Below are positions 32,970-47,161 of a stretch of 64,000 nt of DNA, in pieces. The notes under the pieces were generated by a model, which did no database searches, was not told the origin of the DNA, and saw only the letters and a list, made by a program, of their open reading frames with translations. This DNA is from Escherichia coli. GTDB taxonomy: Bacteria; Pseudomonadota; Gammaproteobacteria; Enterobacterales; Enterobacteriaceae. Positions within the stretch are counted from its first letter, which is position 1. Each line of letters opens with the position of its first letter. Position numbers and translations under genes: made by a program. The stretch lies in NCBI RefSeq assembly GCF_003334355.1, contig NZ_QOWP01000016.1. The stretch is one strand, 5' to 3'.

Positions 32970-34792
32970 GCGCAATTTCCCTGATCAATAGCGGCGTGGC
33001 GTGGTTTGTCGCCGCCGCTGTTCTGGCATTTCTCTTTTCTTTTCAAAAAGCGTTAAGTGGCTGGATAGCTGGAATTGGCGGCGCGGTTGGTAGTCTGTAT
33101 ACGGCAGCCGCGGGCTTCACTGTACTGACTGGCGCGGTTGGCGTGAGCGGTGCGCTGTCGCTGGTAAGCTACGATGTGCAAATTTCTCCGCTTAACGCGA
33201 TTTGGCTGATTACGCTCGGTCTGTGCGGTCTGTTTGTCAGCCTCTACAACATTGACTGGCATCGCCACGCGCAGGTGAAGTGCAACGGCTTGCAGATCAA
33301 TATGTTGATGGCTGCCGCCGTCTGCGCCGTCATTGCCAGCAACCTCGGCATGTTCGTGGTAATGGCCGAAATCATGGCCCTGTGCGCGGTGTTCCTCACC
33401 AGCAACAGCAAAGAGGGCAAACTGTGGTTTGCGCTGGGGCGTCTTGGCACTCTGCTGCTGGCGATTGCTTGCTGGCTGCTGTGGCAGCGTTATGGCACGC
33501 TGGATCTGCGCCTGCTGGATATGCGTATGCAACAGCTGCCGCTCGGTTCCGATATCTGGCTGCTCGGTGTGATTGGCTTTGGCCTGCTGGCCGGGATTAT
33601 TCCGCTGCACGGCTGGGTGCCGCAGGCACATGCTAACGCCTCTGCGCCAGCTGCCGCGTTGTTTTCTACGGTAGTCATGAAAATTGGCCTGCTGGGCATT
33701 TTAACCCTGTCACTGCTGGGCGGTAATGCACCGCTGTGGTGGGGGATCGCGCTGCTGGTGCTCGGCATGATCACCGCGTTCGTCGGTGGTCTGTATGCGT
33801 TGATGGAACACAACATCCAGCGCCTGCTGGCTTACCACACCCTGGAAAATATCGGCATTATCCTGCTGGGGCTGGGCGCTGGCGTAACGGGTATCGCGCT
33901 CGAACAACCGGCACTGATTGCTCTTGGCCTGGTCGGTGGTCTGTACCATCTGCTTAACCATAGCCTGTTCAAAAGCGTACTGTTCCTCGGAGCGGGGAGC
34001 ATCTGGTTCCGTACCGGTCATCGCGATATCGAAAAACTCGGTGGTATTGGCAAGAAAATGCCGGTTATCTCCATCGCCATGTTAGTCGGGCTGATGGCAA
34101 TGGCTGCGCTGCCGCCGCTGAATGGTTTTGCCGGGGAATGGGTTATCTATCAATCCTTCTTCAAACTGAGCAATAGTGGCGCGTTTGTTGCCCGTCTGCT
34201 GGGGCCGCTGCTCGCCGTGGGTCTGGCAATTACCGGTGCGCTGGCGGTGATGTGTATGGCGAAAGTCTATGGCGTCACGTTCCTCGGCGCGCCGCGTACC
34301 AAAGAAGCCGAAAACGCCACCTGTGCACCGCTCCTGATGAGCGTAAGCGTAGTGGCACTGGCGATTTGCTGCGTAATTGGCGGTGTTGCTGCGCCGTGGC
34401 TGCTGCCGATGCTGTCTGCTGCTGTACCTCTGCCGCTGGAGCCTGCTAACACCACCGTTTCTCAACCGATGATCACGTTGCTGCTGATTGCCTGCCCGCT
34501 GCTGCCATTCATCATTATGGCGATTTGCAAAGGCGATCGTTTGCCATCGCGTTCCCGCGGCGCGGCCTGGGTGTGCGGCTACGACCACGAAAAATCAATG
34601 GTGATTACCGCTCACGGTTTTGCCATGCCGGTGAAACAGGCGTTTGCGCCAGTGCTGAAACTGCGCAAATGGCTGAATCCGGTGTCGCTGGTGCCGGGCT
34701 GGCAGTGCGAAGGTAGTGCGTTGCTGTTCCGCCGGATGGCGCTGGTTGAACTGGCGGTACTGGTGGTGATTATTGTTTCACGAGGAGCCTGA
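32966..34792 (+). CDS. hycC: Formate hydrogenlyase membrane subunit HycC, NuoL/antiporter-like (608 aa)
   Basis: ORF 608 aa, polytopic membrane protein. Confidence 0.94.
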   Translation: MSAISLINSGVAWFVAAAVLAFLFSFQKALSGWIAGIGGAVGSLYTAAAGFTVLTGAVGVSGALSLVSYDVQISPLNAIWLITLGLCGLFVSLYNIDWHRHAQVKCNGLQINMLMAAAVCAVIASNLGMFVVMAEIMALCAVFLTSNSKEGKLWFALGRLGTLLLAIACWLLWQRYGTLDLRLLDMRMQQLPLGSDIWLLGVIGFGLLAGIIPLHGWVPQAHANASAPAAALFSTVVMKIGLLGILTLSLLGGNAPLWWGIALLVLGMITAFVGGLYALMEHNIQRLLAYHTLENIGIILLGLGAGVTGIALEQPALIALGLVGGLYHLLNHSLFKSVLFLGAGSIWFRTGHRDIEKLGGIGKKMPVISIAMLVGLMAMAALPPLNGFAGEWVIYQSFFKLSNSGAFVARLLGPLLAVGLAITGALAVMCMAKVYGVTFLGAPRTKEAENATCAPLLMSVSVVALAICCVIGGVAAPWLLPMLSAAVPLPLEPANTTVSQPMITLLLIACPLLPFIIMAICKGDRLPSRSRGAAWVCGYDHEKSMVITAHGFAMPVKQAFAPVLKLRKWLNPVSLVPGWQCEGSALLFRRMALVELAVLVVIIVSRGA

Positions 34793-34794
34793 GA

Positions 34795-35718
34795 ATGAGT
34801 GTTTTATATCCGTTAATTCAGGCGCTGGTGTTATTTGCCGTTGCGCCGCTGCTCTCCGGTATTACCCGCGTGGCGCGCGCCCGTCTGCATAACCGTCGTG
34901 GGCCGGGTGTGTTGCAGGAGTATCGTGACATTTTCAAACTGCTGGGCCGCCAGAGCGTTGGCCCGGATGCCTCCGGCTGGGTGTTCCGCCTGACGCCGTA
35001 TGTGATGGTGGGCGTCATGCTGACTATCGCTACTGCGCTGCCGGTGGTGACCGTCGGTTCTCCGCTGCCGCAACTGGGTGATTTGATCACCTTACTGTAT
35101 CTCTTTGCCATCGCGCGTTTCTTCTTTGCCATTTCTGGTCTGGATACCGGTAGCCCGTTTACCGCTATCGGCGCGAGCCGTGAAGCGATGCTTGGCGTGC
35201 TGGTCGAACCGATGCTGCTGCTTGGTCTGTGGGTTGCCGCACAGGTTGCCGGTTCCACCAACATCAGCAACATCACCGACACCGTTTATCACTGGCCGCT
35301 GAGCCAGAGCATCCCGCTGGTACTGGCGCTTTGTGCCTGTGCGTTCGCCACCTTTATCGAAATGGGCAAACTGCCGTTCGACCTGGCGGAAGCCGAGCAG
35401 GAGCTGCAGGAAGGCCCGCTCTCTGAATACAGCGGCAGCGGCTTTGGCGTCATGAAATGGGGTATCAGCCTGAAACAGCTGGTGGTGTTGCAGATGTTCG
35501 TCGGGGTGTTTATTCCGTGGGGACAAATGGAAACCTTCACCGCCGGTGGACTGCTGCTGGCGCTGGTGATTGCCATCGTAAAACTGGTGGTCGGCGTCCT
35601 GGTTATCGCGCTGTTCGAAAACAGCATGGCCCGTCTGCGTCTTGATATTACTCCGCGCATTACCTGGGCTGGGTTTGGCTTTGCATTTTTAGCGTTCGTC
35701 TCCTTGCTGGCGGCGTGA
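34795..35718 (+). CDS. hycD: Formate hydrogenlyase membrane subunit HycD, NuoH-like (307 aa)
   Basis: ORF 307 aa, hydrophobic. Confidence 0.94.
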   Translation: MSVLYPLIQALVLFAVAPLLSGITRVARARLHNRRGPGVLQEYRDIFKLLGRQSVGPDASGWVFRLTPYVMVGVMLTIATALPVVTVGSPLPQLGDLITLLYLFAIARFFFAISGLDTGSPFTAIGASREAMLGVLVEPMLLLGLWVAAQVAGSTNISNITDTVYHWPLSQSIPLVLALCACAFATFIEMGKLPFDLAEAEQELQEGPLSEYSGSGFGVMKWGISLKQLVVLQMFVGVFIPWGQMETFTAGGLLLALVIAIVKLVVGVLVIALFENSMARLRLDITPRITWAGFGFAFLAFVSLLAA

Positions 35719-35735
35719 TTAAAGAGAGTTTGAGC

Positions 35736-37445
35736 ATGTCTGAAGAAAAATTAGGTCAACATTATCTCGCCGCGCTGAATGAGGCATTTCCGGGCGTCGT
35801 GCTGGACCACGCCTGGCAGACCAAAGATCAGCTGACTGTCACCGTAAAGGTGAACTACCTGCCGGAAGTGGTGGAGTTTCTTTACTACAAACAGGGTGGC
35901 TGGCTGTCGGTGCTGTTTGGTAACGACGAACGCAAACTGAATGGTCATTACGCCGTTTACTACGTGCTGTCGATGGAGAAGGGCACTAAGTGTTGGATTA
36001 CGGTTCGCGTCGAAGTTGACGCCAACAAACCGGAATATCCGTCCGTGACGCCGCGCGTTCCGGCGGCGGTGTGGGGCGAGCGTGAAGTGCGCGATATGTA
36101 CGGTTTGATTCCGGTTGGTCTGCCGGATGAACGTCGTCTGGTGCTGCCGGATGACTGGCCGGATGAACTTTATCCGCTGCGTAAAGACAGCATGGATTAT
36201 CGTCAGCGTCCGGCACCGACCACCGATGCTGAAACCTACGAGTTCATCAACGAACTGGGCGACAAGAAAAACAACGTCGTGCCGATTGGTCCGCTGCACG
36301 TCACTTCTGATGAACCGGGCCACTTCCGTCTGTTCGTCGATGGCGAAAACATTATCGACGCCGATTACCGTCTGTTCTACGTCCATCGCGGCATGGAAAA
36401 ACTGGCGGAAACCCGTATGGGTTATAACGAAGTGACCTTCCTCTCTGACCGTGTGTGCGGGATCTGCGGCTTTGCCCACAGCACCGCCTACACCACGTCG
36501 GTGGAAAACGCGATGGGTATTCAGGTGCCAGAACGTGCGCAGATGATCCGCGCCATTCTGCTGGAGGTAGAACGCTTGCACTCGCATCTGCTCAACCTTG
36601 GCCTGGCCTGTCACTTTACCGGCTTCGACTCCGGCTTTATGCAGTTCTTCCGCGTGCGTGAAACCTCCATGAAAATGGCAGAGATCCTTACCGGTGCGCG
36701 TAAAACCTACGGCCTGAACTTGATCGGCGGGATTCGTCGCGATCTGCTGAAAGACGACATGATCCAGACCCGCCAGCTGGCACAACAGATGCGTCGTGAA
36801 GTGCAGGAGCTGGTGGATGTGCTGCTGAGCACTCCGAACATGGAACAGCGCACTGTCGGCATTGGTCGTCTGGACCCGGAAATCGCTCGCGACTTCAGTA
36901 ACGTCGGCCCGATGGTCCGTGCCAGCGGTCACGCCCGTGATACCCGCGCCGATCACCCGTTTGTCGGCTATGGCCTGCTGCCAATGGAAGTCCACAGCGA
37001 GCAGGGCTGCGACGTTATTTCCCGTCTGAAAGTGCGTATCAACGAAGTCTATACCGCGCTGAACATGATCGACTACGGTCTGGATAACCTGCCGGGTGGC
37101 CCACTGATGGTGGAAGGCTTTACCTACATTCCGCACCGCTTTGCGCTGGGCTTTGCCGAAGCGCCGCGCGGCGATGATATCCACTGGAGCATGACCGGCG
37201 ACAACCAGAAGCTGTACCGCTGGCGCTGCCGTGCCGCGACCTACGCGAACTGGCCGACCCTGCGCTACATGCTGCGCGGCAACACCGTTTCCGATGCGCC
37301 GCTGATTATCGGTAGCCTCGACCCTTGCTACTCCTGTACCGACCGCATGACCGTGGTCGATGTGCGTAAGAAGAAGAGCAAAGTGGTGCCGTACAAAGAA
37401 CTCGAGCGTTACAGCATTGAGCGTAAAAACTCGCCGCTGAAATAA
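35736..37445 (+). CDS. hycE: Hydrogenase 3 large subunit HycE (569 aa)
   Basis: ORF track starts 35715; ATG at 35736 gives MSEEKLGQHYLAALNEAF...; [NiFe] ligand motifs near the N-terminal third (RVCGICG) and C-terminus (DPCYSCTDR). Confidence 0.93.
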   Translation: MSEEKLGQHYLAALNEAFPGVVLDHAWQTKDQLTVTVKVNYLPEVVEFLYYKQGGWLSVLFGNDERKLNGHYAVYYVLSMEKGTKCWITVRVEVDANKPEYPSVTPRVPAAVWGEREVRDMYGLIPVGLPDERRLVLPDDWPDELYPLRKDSMDYRQRPAPTTDAETYEFINELGDKKNNVVPIGPLHVTSDEPGHFRLFVDGENIIDADYRLFYVHRGMEKLAETRMGYNEVTFLSDRVCGICGFAHSTAYTTSVENAMGIQVPERAQMIRAILLEVERLHSHLLNLGLACHFTGFDSGFMQFFRVRETSMKMAEILTGARKTYGLNLIGGIRRDLLKDDMIQTRQLAQQMRREVQELVDVLLSTPNMEQRTVGIGRLDPEIARDFSNVGPMVRASGHARDTRADHPFVGYGLLPMEVHSEQGCDVISRLKVRINEVYTALNMIDYGLDNLPGGPLMVEGFTYIPHRFALGFAEAPRGDDIHWSMTGDNQKLYRWRCRAATYANWPTLRYMLRGNTVSDAPLIIGSLDPCYSCTDRMTVVDVRKKKSKVVPYKELERYSIERKNSPLK

Positions 37446-37454
37446 GGAATCGCC

Positions 37455-37997
37455 ATGTTTACCTTTATCAAAAAAGTCATCAAAACCGGCACGGCGACCT
37501 CGTCTTATCCGCTGGAGCCGATTGCGGTTGATAAAAACTTCCGTGGTAAGCCAGAGCAGAACCCGCAGCAGTGCATCGGCTGCGCGGCCTGCGTCAATGC
37601 CTGCCCGTCAAACGCCTTAACGGTTGAAACTGACCTCGCCACAGGAGAGCTTGCCTGGGAGTTTAATCTTGGGCGCTGCATCTTCTGTGGACGCTGCGAA
37701 GAAGTCTGCCCGACGGCGGCGATCAAACTGTCGCAAGAGTACGAACTGGCGGTGTGGAAGAAAGAAGACTTCCTGCAACAGTCCCGCTTCGCGCTGTGCA
37801 ACTGCCGCGTCTGCAATCGTCCTTTCGCCGTCCAGAAAGAGATCGACTACGCCATTGCGTTGCTTAAGCACAACGGCGACAGCCGCGCGGAAAACCACCG
37901 CGAAAGCTTTGAGACTTGCCCGGAATGTAAGCGCCAGAAATGCCTGGTGCCGTCCGACCGTATTGAACTGACTCGCCATATGAAAGAGGCCATCTGA
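37455..37997 (+). CDS. hycF: Formate hydrogenlyase Fe-S subunit HycF (180 aa)
   Basis: ORF 180 aa with two 4Fe-4S cysteine motifs. Confidence 0.94.
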   Translation: MFTFIKKVIKTGTATSSYPLEPIAVDKNFRGKPEQNPQQCIGCAACVNACPSNALTVETDLATGELAWEFNLGRCIFCGRCEEVCPTAAIKLSQEYELAVWKKEDFLQQSRFALCNCRVCNRPFAVQKEIDYAIALLKHNGDSRAENHRESFETCPECKRQKCLVPSDRIELTRHMKEAI

Positions 37998-38764
37998 TGA
38001 GCAATTTATTAGGCCCCCGTGACGCCAACGGCATTCCGGTCCCCATGACGGTGGATGAATCCATCGCCAGCATGAAGGCGTCGTTACTGAAAAAAATCAA
38101 ACGTTCTGCCTATGTTTACCGCGTGGACTGCGGCGGCTGCAACGGTTGCGAAATCGAAATTTTCGCCACTTTATCGCCGCTGTTTGATGCAGAACGCTTC
38201 GGCATTAAAGTCGTTCCTTCACCGCGTCATGCGGATATTTTACTGTTTACCGGCGCGGTCACCCGTGCAATGCGATCCCCTGCGCTGCGTGCGTGGCAGT
38301 CCGCGCCGGACCCGAAAATTTGTATCTCCTACGGTGCCTGCGGTAACAGCGGCGGGATCTTCCACGATCTCTACTGCGTGTGGGGCGGTACGGATAAAAT
38401 TGTCCCTGTGGATGTTTATATCCCTGGCTGCCCGCCAACGCCTGCCGCCACGCTGTACGGCTTTGCAATGGCGCTCGGCCTGCTGGAGCAGAAAATTCAC
38501 GCCCGTGGGCCGGGTGAACTGGATGAACAACCGGCGGAGATCCTGCATGGCGATATGGTGCAGCCGCTGCGCGTGAAAGTGGATCGCGAAGCACGTCGCC
38601 TGGCGGGTTATCGTTACGGTCGTCAGATTGCCGATGATTACCTTACACAGTTAGGGCAGGGCGAAGAACAGGTTGCACGCTGGCTGGAAGCGGAAAACGA
38701 TCCGCGTCTGAACGAGATTGTCAGCCATCTGAATCATGTTGTTGAAGAGGCGCGTATCCGATGA
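37997..38764 (+). CDS. hycG: Hydrogenase 3 small subunit HycG (255 aa)
   Basis: ORF 255 aa, NuoB-like with CxxC motifs. Confidence 0.94.
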
Positions 38765-39171
38765 GTGAAAAGGTGGTGTTCAGTCAACTGAGCCGTAAAT
38801 TTATTGATGAGAACGATGCCACGCCCGCCGAGGCGCAGCAGGTGGTCTATTACAGCCTGGCGATTGGTCACCACCTTGGGGTTATCGATTGCCTGGAAGC
38901 GGCGCTCACCTGCCCGTGGGATGAATATCTGGCATGGATTGCCACTCTGGAGGCAGGCAGTGAAGCCCGCCGCAAAATGGAAGGCGTGCCGAAATATGGT
39001 GAGATCGTCATCGACATTAACCATGTGCCGATGCTGGCCAACGCATTCGATAAAGCCCGGGCAGCGCAAACTTCGCAGCAGCAGGAATGGAGTACAATGC
39101 TGTTAAGTATGCTGCATGATATTCATCAGGAAAACGCCATCTATTTGATGGTGAGGAGACTGCGTGACTGA
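38761..39171 (+). CDS. hycH: Formate hydrogenlyase assembly protein HycH (136 aa)
   Basis: ORF 136 aa; operon position. Confidence 0.92.
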   Translation: MSEKVVFSQLSRKFIDENDATPAEAQQVVYYSLAIGHHLGVIDCLEAALTCPWDEYLAWIATLEAGSEARRKMEGVPKYGEIVIDINHVPMLANAFDKARAAQTSQQQEWSTMLLSMLHDIHQENAIYLMVRRLRD

Positions 39172-39634
39172 CGTTTTACTCTGTGTTGGCAATAGCATGA
39201 TGGGCGATGATGGCGCAGGTCCGCTGCTGGCGGAAAAGTGCGCCGCCGCGCCGAAAGGTAACTGGGTGGTGATTGACGGCGGTAGCGCACCGGAAAACGA
39301 CATCGTCGCTATCCGTGAACTGCGCCCGACACGACTGCTGATTGTCGACGCCACGGATATGGGGCTAAACCCCGGCGAGATCCGCATCATCGACCCGGAT
39401 GATATCGCCGAGATGTTTATGATGACTACCCATAACATGCCGTTGAATTACCTTATCGACCAGTTGAAAGAAGATATTGGCGAAGTGATTTTCCTCGGCA
39501 TTCAGCCGGATATCGTCGGCTTTTACTACCCGATGACCCAGCCGATTAAAGATGCGGTAGAAACCGTTTATCAACGACTGGAAGGCTGGGAAGGAAATGG
39601 CGGCTTCGCGCAGTTAGCGGTGGAAGAAGAGTAG
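39164..39634 (+). CDS. hycI: Hydrogenase 3 maturation endopeptidase HycI (156 aa)
   Basis: ORF 156 aa; last gene of hyc operon. Confidence 0.93.
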   Translation: MTDVLLCVGNSMMGDDGAGPLLAEKCAAAPKGNWVVIDGGSAPENDIVAIRELRPTRLLIVDATDMGLNPGEIRIIDPDDIAEMFMMTTHNMPLNYLIDQLKEDIGEVIFLGIQPDIVGFYYPMTQPIKDAVETVYQRLEGWEGNGGFAQLAVEEE

Positions 39635-39697
39635 TTTTTCATTAAGGAATCAGGACAGGGATGTTCTTGATGGGGTGAACCAGCTCTGATGCCAAAT

Positions 39698-39786
39698 GCT
39701 AAATTGCCCGATGCGCTGCGCTTATCGGGCCTTCATGGTTCGTGCGACATGTAGGCCGGATAAGGCGTTCACGCCGCATCCGGCAC
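39698..39786. repeat. REP (repetitive extragenic palindromic) elements between hycI and ascB
   Basis: Imperfect palindromes of the GCCGGATAAGGCGTT...GCATCCGGC type typical of E. coli REP sequences. Confidence 0.8.
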
Positions 39787-39792
39787 TGTTAC

Positions 39793-42683
<2,891 letters not shown>

Positions 42684-42939
42684 CGGATTTTATCCTGTTA
42701 TCAGTAGGGTAGATGTAGTTGTTATCAGTCGACGTGACGGAAAAATGCCGATGCTGAAACGGAATTAAGAAACCGGTTTCACAAAATCATGAATAGTTGT
42801 CACTAAATAAGCAAGAGAGTGAATTGTTCATTTTTTATATTTGTGAAACCGGTCACCTGAATATTTTTCCCGCCGATTGTGCAAGGACAATCGGCAAACG
42901 GTGCAGTACACTGCGTTGATTGCGTGTAAAGGGATGAAA

Positions 42940-43953
42940 ATGATGACGACGATGCTGGAAGTGGCGAAGCGCGCCGGGGTTTCAAAAGCGACCGTTTCCC
43001 GCGTGCTTTCAGGTAATGGCTACGTCAGCCAGGAGACTAAAGATCGCGTGTTTCAGGCGGTAGAAGAGAGCGGTTACCGTCCAAACTTGCTGGCGCGCAA
43101 TCTGTCGGCGAAGAGTACTCAGACGCTGGGGCTGGTAGTGACCAACACGCTTTACCACGGCATTTATTTTAGTGAATTACTCTTTCATGCCGCGCGAATG
43201 GCGGAAGAGAAAGGGCGGCAGTTGCTATTGGCAGATGGTAAACACAGCGCAGAAGAAGAGCGCCAGGCGATTCAGTATCTGCTGGATCTGCGCTGCGACG
43301 CGATCATGATTTACCCGCGTTTTTTAAGCGTGGATGAGATCGATGACATCATTGACGCGCACAGTCAGCCGATAATGGTGCTTAATCGCCGCCTGCGCAA
43401 AAACAGCAGCCATAGCGTCTGGTGCGATCATAAACAGACCAGTTTTAACGCCGTGGCAGAGTTGATAAACGCCGGGCATCAGGAGATTGCTTTCCTTACC
43501 GGCTCGATGGATTCCCCCACCAGCATTGAACGTCTTGCCGGGTATAAAGACGCGCTGGCGCAGCATGGTATTGCGCTCAATGAAAAACTTATCGCTAACG
43601 GTAAATGGACGCCTGCCAGCGGGGCCGAAGGGGTAGAAATGTTGCTCGAACGTGGGGCTAAATTTAGCGCGTTAGTTGCCAGTAACGACGATATGGCGAT
43701 AGGTGCGATGAAAGCGTTACACGAGCGCGGCGTAGCGGTGCCAGAGCAGGTGTCAGTTATCGGATTCGATGATATCGCTATTGCCCCCTACACCGTTCCG
43801 GCGCTCTCCAGCGTAAAAATTCCGGTGACTGAGATGATTCAGGAAATTATTGGACGGCTGATTTTTATGCTCGATGGCGGGGATTTCTCACCGCCGAAAA
43901 CCTTCAGCGGAAAACTGATCCGCCGCGACTCACTCATTGCTCCTTCGCGATAA
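42940..43953 (+). CDS. ascG: LacI-family repressor of the asc operon (337 aa)
   Basis: ORF track 358 aa; start at MTTMLEVAKRAGVSKATVSRVL (HTH); divergent from ascFB. Confidence 0.9.
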   Translation: MMTTMLEVAKRAGVSKATVSRVLSGNGYVSQETKDRVFQAVEESGYRPNLLARNLSAKSTQTLGLVVTNTLYHGIYFSELLFHAARMAEEKGRQLLLADGKHSAEEERQAIQYLLDLRCDAIMIYPRFLSVDEIDDIIDAHSQPIMVLNRRLRKNSSHSVWCDHKQTSFNAVAELINAGHQEIAFLTGSMDSPTSIERLAGYKDALAQHGIALNEKLIANGKWTPASGAEGVEMLLERGAKFSALVASNDDMAIGAMKALHERGVAVPEQVSVIGFDDIAIAPYTVPALSSVKIPVTEMIQEIIGRLIFMLDGGDFSPPKTFSGKLIRRDSLIAPSR

Positions 43954-44101
43954 ACATTGTCATCACATGTCATCGTCACTAGTGTCGATGACATCGTTTT
44001 TCCTGCATTACAGAAATTAATTTCCTTAAATAACAGTAAATTAAAAACTGGCATGATTTGTGAATGTATCGGCGCATTAACTGTCATTGCTGGAGAATTT
44101 G

Positions 44102-44629
44102 ATGAACCGTTTCATCATTGCTGACGCGAGTAAATGTATTGGTTGCCGTACCTGTGAAGTAGCGTGCGTGGTTTCTCATCAGGAAAATCAGGACTGTGCA
44201 TCGCTGACCCCGGAAACTTTTTTACCGCGTATCCATGTCATTAAAGGTGTGAACATTTCCACGGCGACAGTTTGCCGTCAGTGTGAAGATGCACCGTGCG
44301 CTAACGTCTGCCCGAATGGTGCTATCAGCCGTGATAAAGGGTTTGTTCATGTGATGCAGGAACGTTGCATTGGTTGCAAAACCTGCGTTGTGGCTTGCCC
44401 GTATGGTGCGATGGAAGTGGTGGTACGTCCGGTGATCCGCAACAGCGGCGCGGGTCTGAATGTACGGGCTGACAAAGCCGAAGCCAATAAATGCGACCTG
44501 TGCAACCATCGTGAAGACGGCCCGGCGTGTATGGCGGCTTGCCCGACTCATGCGCTGATTTGTGTCGATCGTAATAAACTTGAACAACTGAGCGCAGAAA
44601 AACGCCGCCGTACGGCGCTGATGTTCTAA
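44102..44629 (+). CDS. hydN: Fe-S electron transport protein HydN (175 aa)
   Basis: ORF track 180 aa; start [15 protein letters not shown]...; four ferredoxin-type Cys clusters. Confidence 0.92.
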   Translation: MNRFIIADASKCIGCRTCEVACVVSHQENQDCASLTPETFLPRIHVIKGVNISTATVCRQCEDAPCANVCPNGAISRDKGFVHVMQERCIGCKTCVVACPYGAMEVVVRPVIRNSGAGLNVRADKAEANKCDLCNHREDGPACMAACPTHALICVDRNKLEQLSAEKRRRTALMF

Positions 44630-44781
44630 AAATCTTACAGAACTGTTCTGGCATCAAAGGAATTCCCGGAAATATTCGTAGAATACGGAGCGGGCGGTAT
44701 CGCCGACCTGTGACTGCCGGATGCGACGCTGTCGTGTCCGGCAGGGCGGGTTACGCAATTCATGATGGCGGGAATAACTCA

Positions 44782-47034
44782 ATGGCAAAAAACACATCTT
44801 GCGGTGTCCAACTGCGTATTCGTGGCAAAGTGCAGGGCGTCGGTTTTCGTCCGTTTGTCTGGCAGCTGGCACAGCAATTAAATCTTCACGGCGATGTCTG
44901 TAATGACGGCGATGGCGTAGAAGTCCGGCTGCGGGAAGACCCGGAAACGTTTCTTGTTCAATTGTATCAGCACTGCCCGCCGCTGGCGCGTATTGATAGC
45001 GTCGAGCGTGAGCCGTTTATCTGGTCACAACTGCCCACCGAGTTCACTATACGCCAGAGCACAGGCGGCACCATGAATACGCAAATTGTTCCCGATGCCG
45101 CTACTTGCCCTGCTTGCCTTACCGAAATGAATACCCCAGGCGAACGGCGTTATCGTTATCCGTTTATCAACTGTACCCACTGCGGCCCGCGTTTCACCAT
45201 TATTCGCGCCATGCCTTACGACCGCCCGTTTACCGTGATGGCGGCGTTTCCGCTATGTCCGGCCTGTGACAAAGAGTACCGTGACCCGCTCGATCGTCGC
45301 TTCCACGCCCAGCCGGTGGCCTGCCCGGAGTGTGGCCCGCATCTTGAATGGGTAAGTCATGGTGAACATGCGGAACAAGAGGCGGCATTACAGGCAGCTA
45401 TCGCACAGTTAAAAATGGGCAAAATTGTCGCCATCAAAGGGATTGGCGGATTTCATCTTGCCTGCGATGCACGTAACAGTAACGCGGTGGCGACACTTCG
45501 GGCGCGCAAACATCGCCCGGCGAAACCGCTGGCGGTCATGTTGCCAGTGGCTGACGGTTTACCAGACGCTGCGCGCCAGTTGCTTACCACGCCCGCCGCG
45601 CCGATTGTGCTGGTGGATAAAAAATACGTTCCTGAGCTTTGTGATGATATCGCCCCTGACCTTAACGAAGTCGGGGTAATGTTGCCTGCGAACCCGCTCC
45701 AGCATTTGCTGTTACAGGAACTGCAATGCCCGCTGGTGATGACCTCCGGCAACCTGAGCGGTAAACCACCAGCTATCAGCAACGAACAGGCGCTGGCGGA
45801 TTTGCAGGGCATTGCCGACGGATTTTTGATACATAACCGCGACATCGTGCAGCGGATGGATGATTCGGTGGTGCGCGAAAGCGGCGAAATGCTGCGCCGT
45901 TCGCGGGGGTATGTGCCGGATGCGCTGGCTTTGCCTCCGGGCTTTAAAAATGTTCCGCCTGTGCTGTGTCTCGGCGCGGATCTGAAAAATACCTTCTGCC
46001 TGGTGCGCGGTGAACAAGCGGTGTTGAGTCAGCATCTGGGCGATTTAAGTGACGATGGCATCCAGATGCAGTGGCGCGAAGCGTTACGCCTGATGCAAAA
46101 CATCTACGATTTCACCCCGCAATACGTTGTGCATGACGCACATCCGGGCTATGTCTCCAGCCAGTGGGCGCGCGAAATGAATCTGCCGACGCAAACGGTG
46201 CTGCATCATCATGCCCACGCAGCGGCGTGTCTGGCAGAGCATCAGTGGCCGCTGGATGGCGGTGATGTCATTGCTTTGACGCTCGACGGTATCGGTATGG
46301 GGGAGAATGGCGCTTTGTGGGGCGGCGAGTGCCTGCGGGTGAACTATCGCGAATGTGAGCACCTGGGCGGCTTGCCTGCAGTGGCGCTTGCTGGTGGCGA
46401 TTTGGCGGCGAAGCAGCCGTGGCGAAACCTGCTGGCGCAGTGCCTGCGCTTTGTGCCGGAGTGGCAGAATTATCCCGAAACAGCGAGTGTGCAACAGCAA
46501 AACTGGAGCGTGCTGGCGCGGGCCATTGAGCGTGGAATTAACGCGCCGCTGGCGTCATCGTGTGGGCGTTTTTTCGATGCAGTGGCGGCGGCACTGGGCT
46601 GTGCGCCAGCCACGTTAAGTTATGAAGGTGAAGCGGCTTGTGCTCTGGAGGCGCTCGCAGCCTCATGCCACGGAGTGACGCATCCGGTGACAATGCCGCG
46701 GGTGGACAATCAACTGGATCTCGCCACTTTCTGGCAGCAGTGGCTGAACTGGCAGGCACCGGTTAATCAACGCGCGTGGGCGTTTCATGATGCGCTGGCG
46801 CAGGGTTTTGCCGCGTTGATGCGTGAGCAGGCCACGATGCGTGGTATCACTACGCTGGTATTTAGCGGCGGGGTTATTCATAACCGTTTGCTGCGTGCAC
46901 GTCTGGCGCATTATCTCGCTGATTTCACATTGCTCTTTCCACAGAGTTTACCGGCGGGTGATGGCGGTTTGTCTCTGGGGCAGGGGGTTATTGCTGCGGC
47001 GCGTTGGTTAGCGGGTGAAGTCCAGAACGGATAA
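44782..47034 (+). CDS. hypF: Hydrogenase maturation carbamoyltransferase HypF (750 aa)
   Basis: ORF track 774 aa; start [24 protein letters not shown] (acylphosphatase domain), zinc-finger CxxC pairs, YrdC and Kae1-like regions. Confidence 0.92.
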   Translation: MAKNTSCGVQLRIRGKVQGVGFRPFVWQLAQQLNLHGDVCNDGDGVEVRLREDPETFLVQLYQHCPPLARIDSVEREPFIWSQLPTEFTIRQSTGGTMNTQIVPDAATCPACLTEMNTPGERRYRYPFINCTHCGPRFTIIRAMPYDRPFTVMAAFPLCPACDKEYRDPLDRRFHAQPVACPECGPHLEWVSHGEHAEQEAALQAAIAQLKMGKIVAIKGIGGFHLACDARNSNAVATLRARKHRPAKPLAVMLPVADGLPDAARQLLTTPAAPIVLVDKKYVPELCDDIAPDLNEVGVMLPANPLQHLLLQELQCPLVMTSGNLSGKPPAISNEQALADLQGIADGFLIHNRDIVQRMDDSVVRESGEMLRRSRGYVPDALALPPGFKNVPPVLCLGADLKNTFCLVRGEQAVLSQHLGDLSDDGIQMQWREALRLMQNIYDFTPQYVVHDAHPGYVSSQWAREMNLPTQTVLHHHAHAAACLAEHQWPLDGGDVIALTLDGIGMGENGALWGGECLRVNYRECEHLGGLPAVALAGGDLAAKQPWRNLLAQCLRFVPEWQNYPETASVQQQNWSVLARAIERGINAPLASSCGRFFDAVAAALGCAPATLSYEGEAACALEALAASCHGVTHPVTMPRVDNQLDLATFWQQWLNWQAPVNQRAWAFHDALAQGFAALMREQATMRGITTLVFSGGVIHNRLLRARLAHYLADFTLLFPQSLPAGDGGLSLGQGVIAAARWLAGEVQNG

Positions 47035-47058
47035 AACGTGTTGCATTTGGACACCATT

Positions 47059-47143
<85 letters not shown>

Positions 47144-47161
47144 TTAGGCACAGTAGCCCAC

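Noticed and set aside
35751-37184. 477-aa minus-strand ORF
   Set aside because: Fully antisense to hycE (hydrogenase 3 large subunit); the translation is low-complexity, Arg/His/Val-rich and not protein-like.
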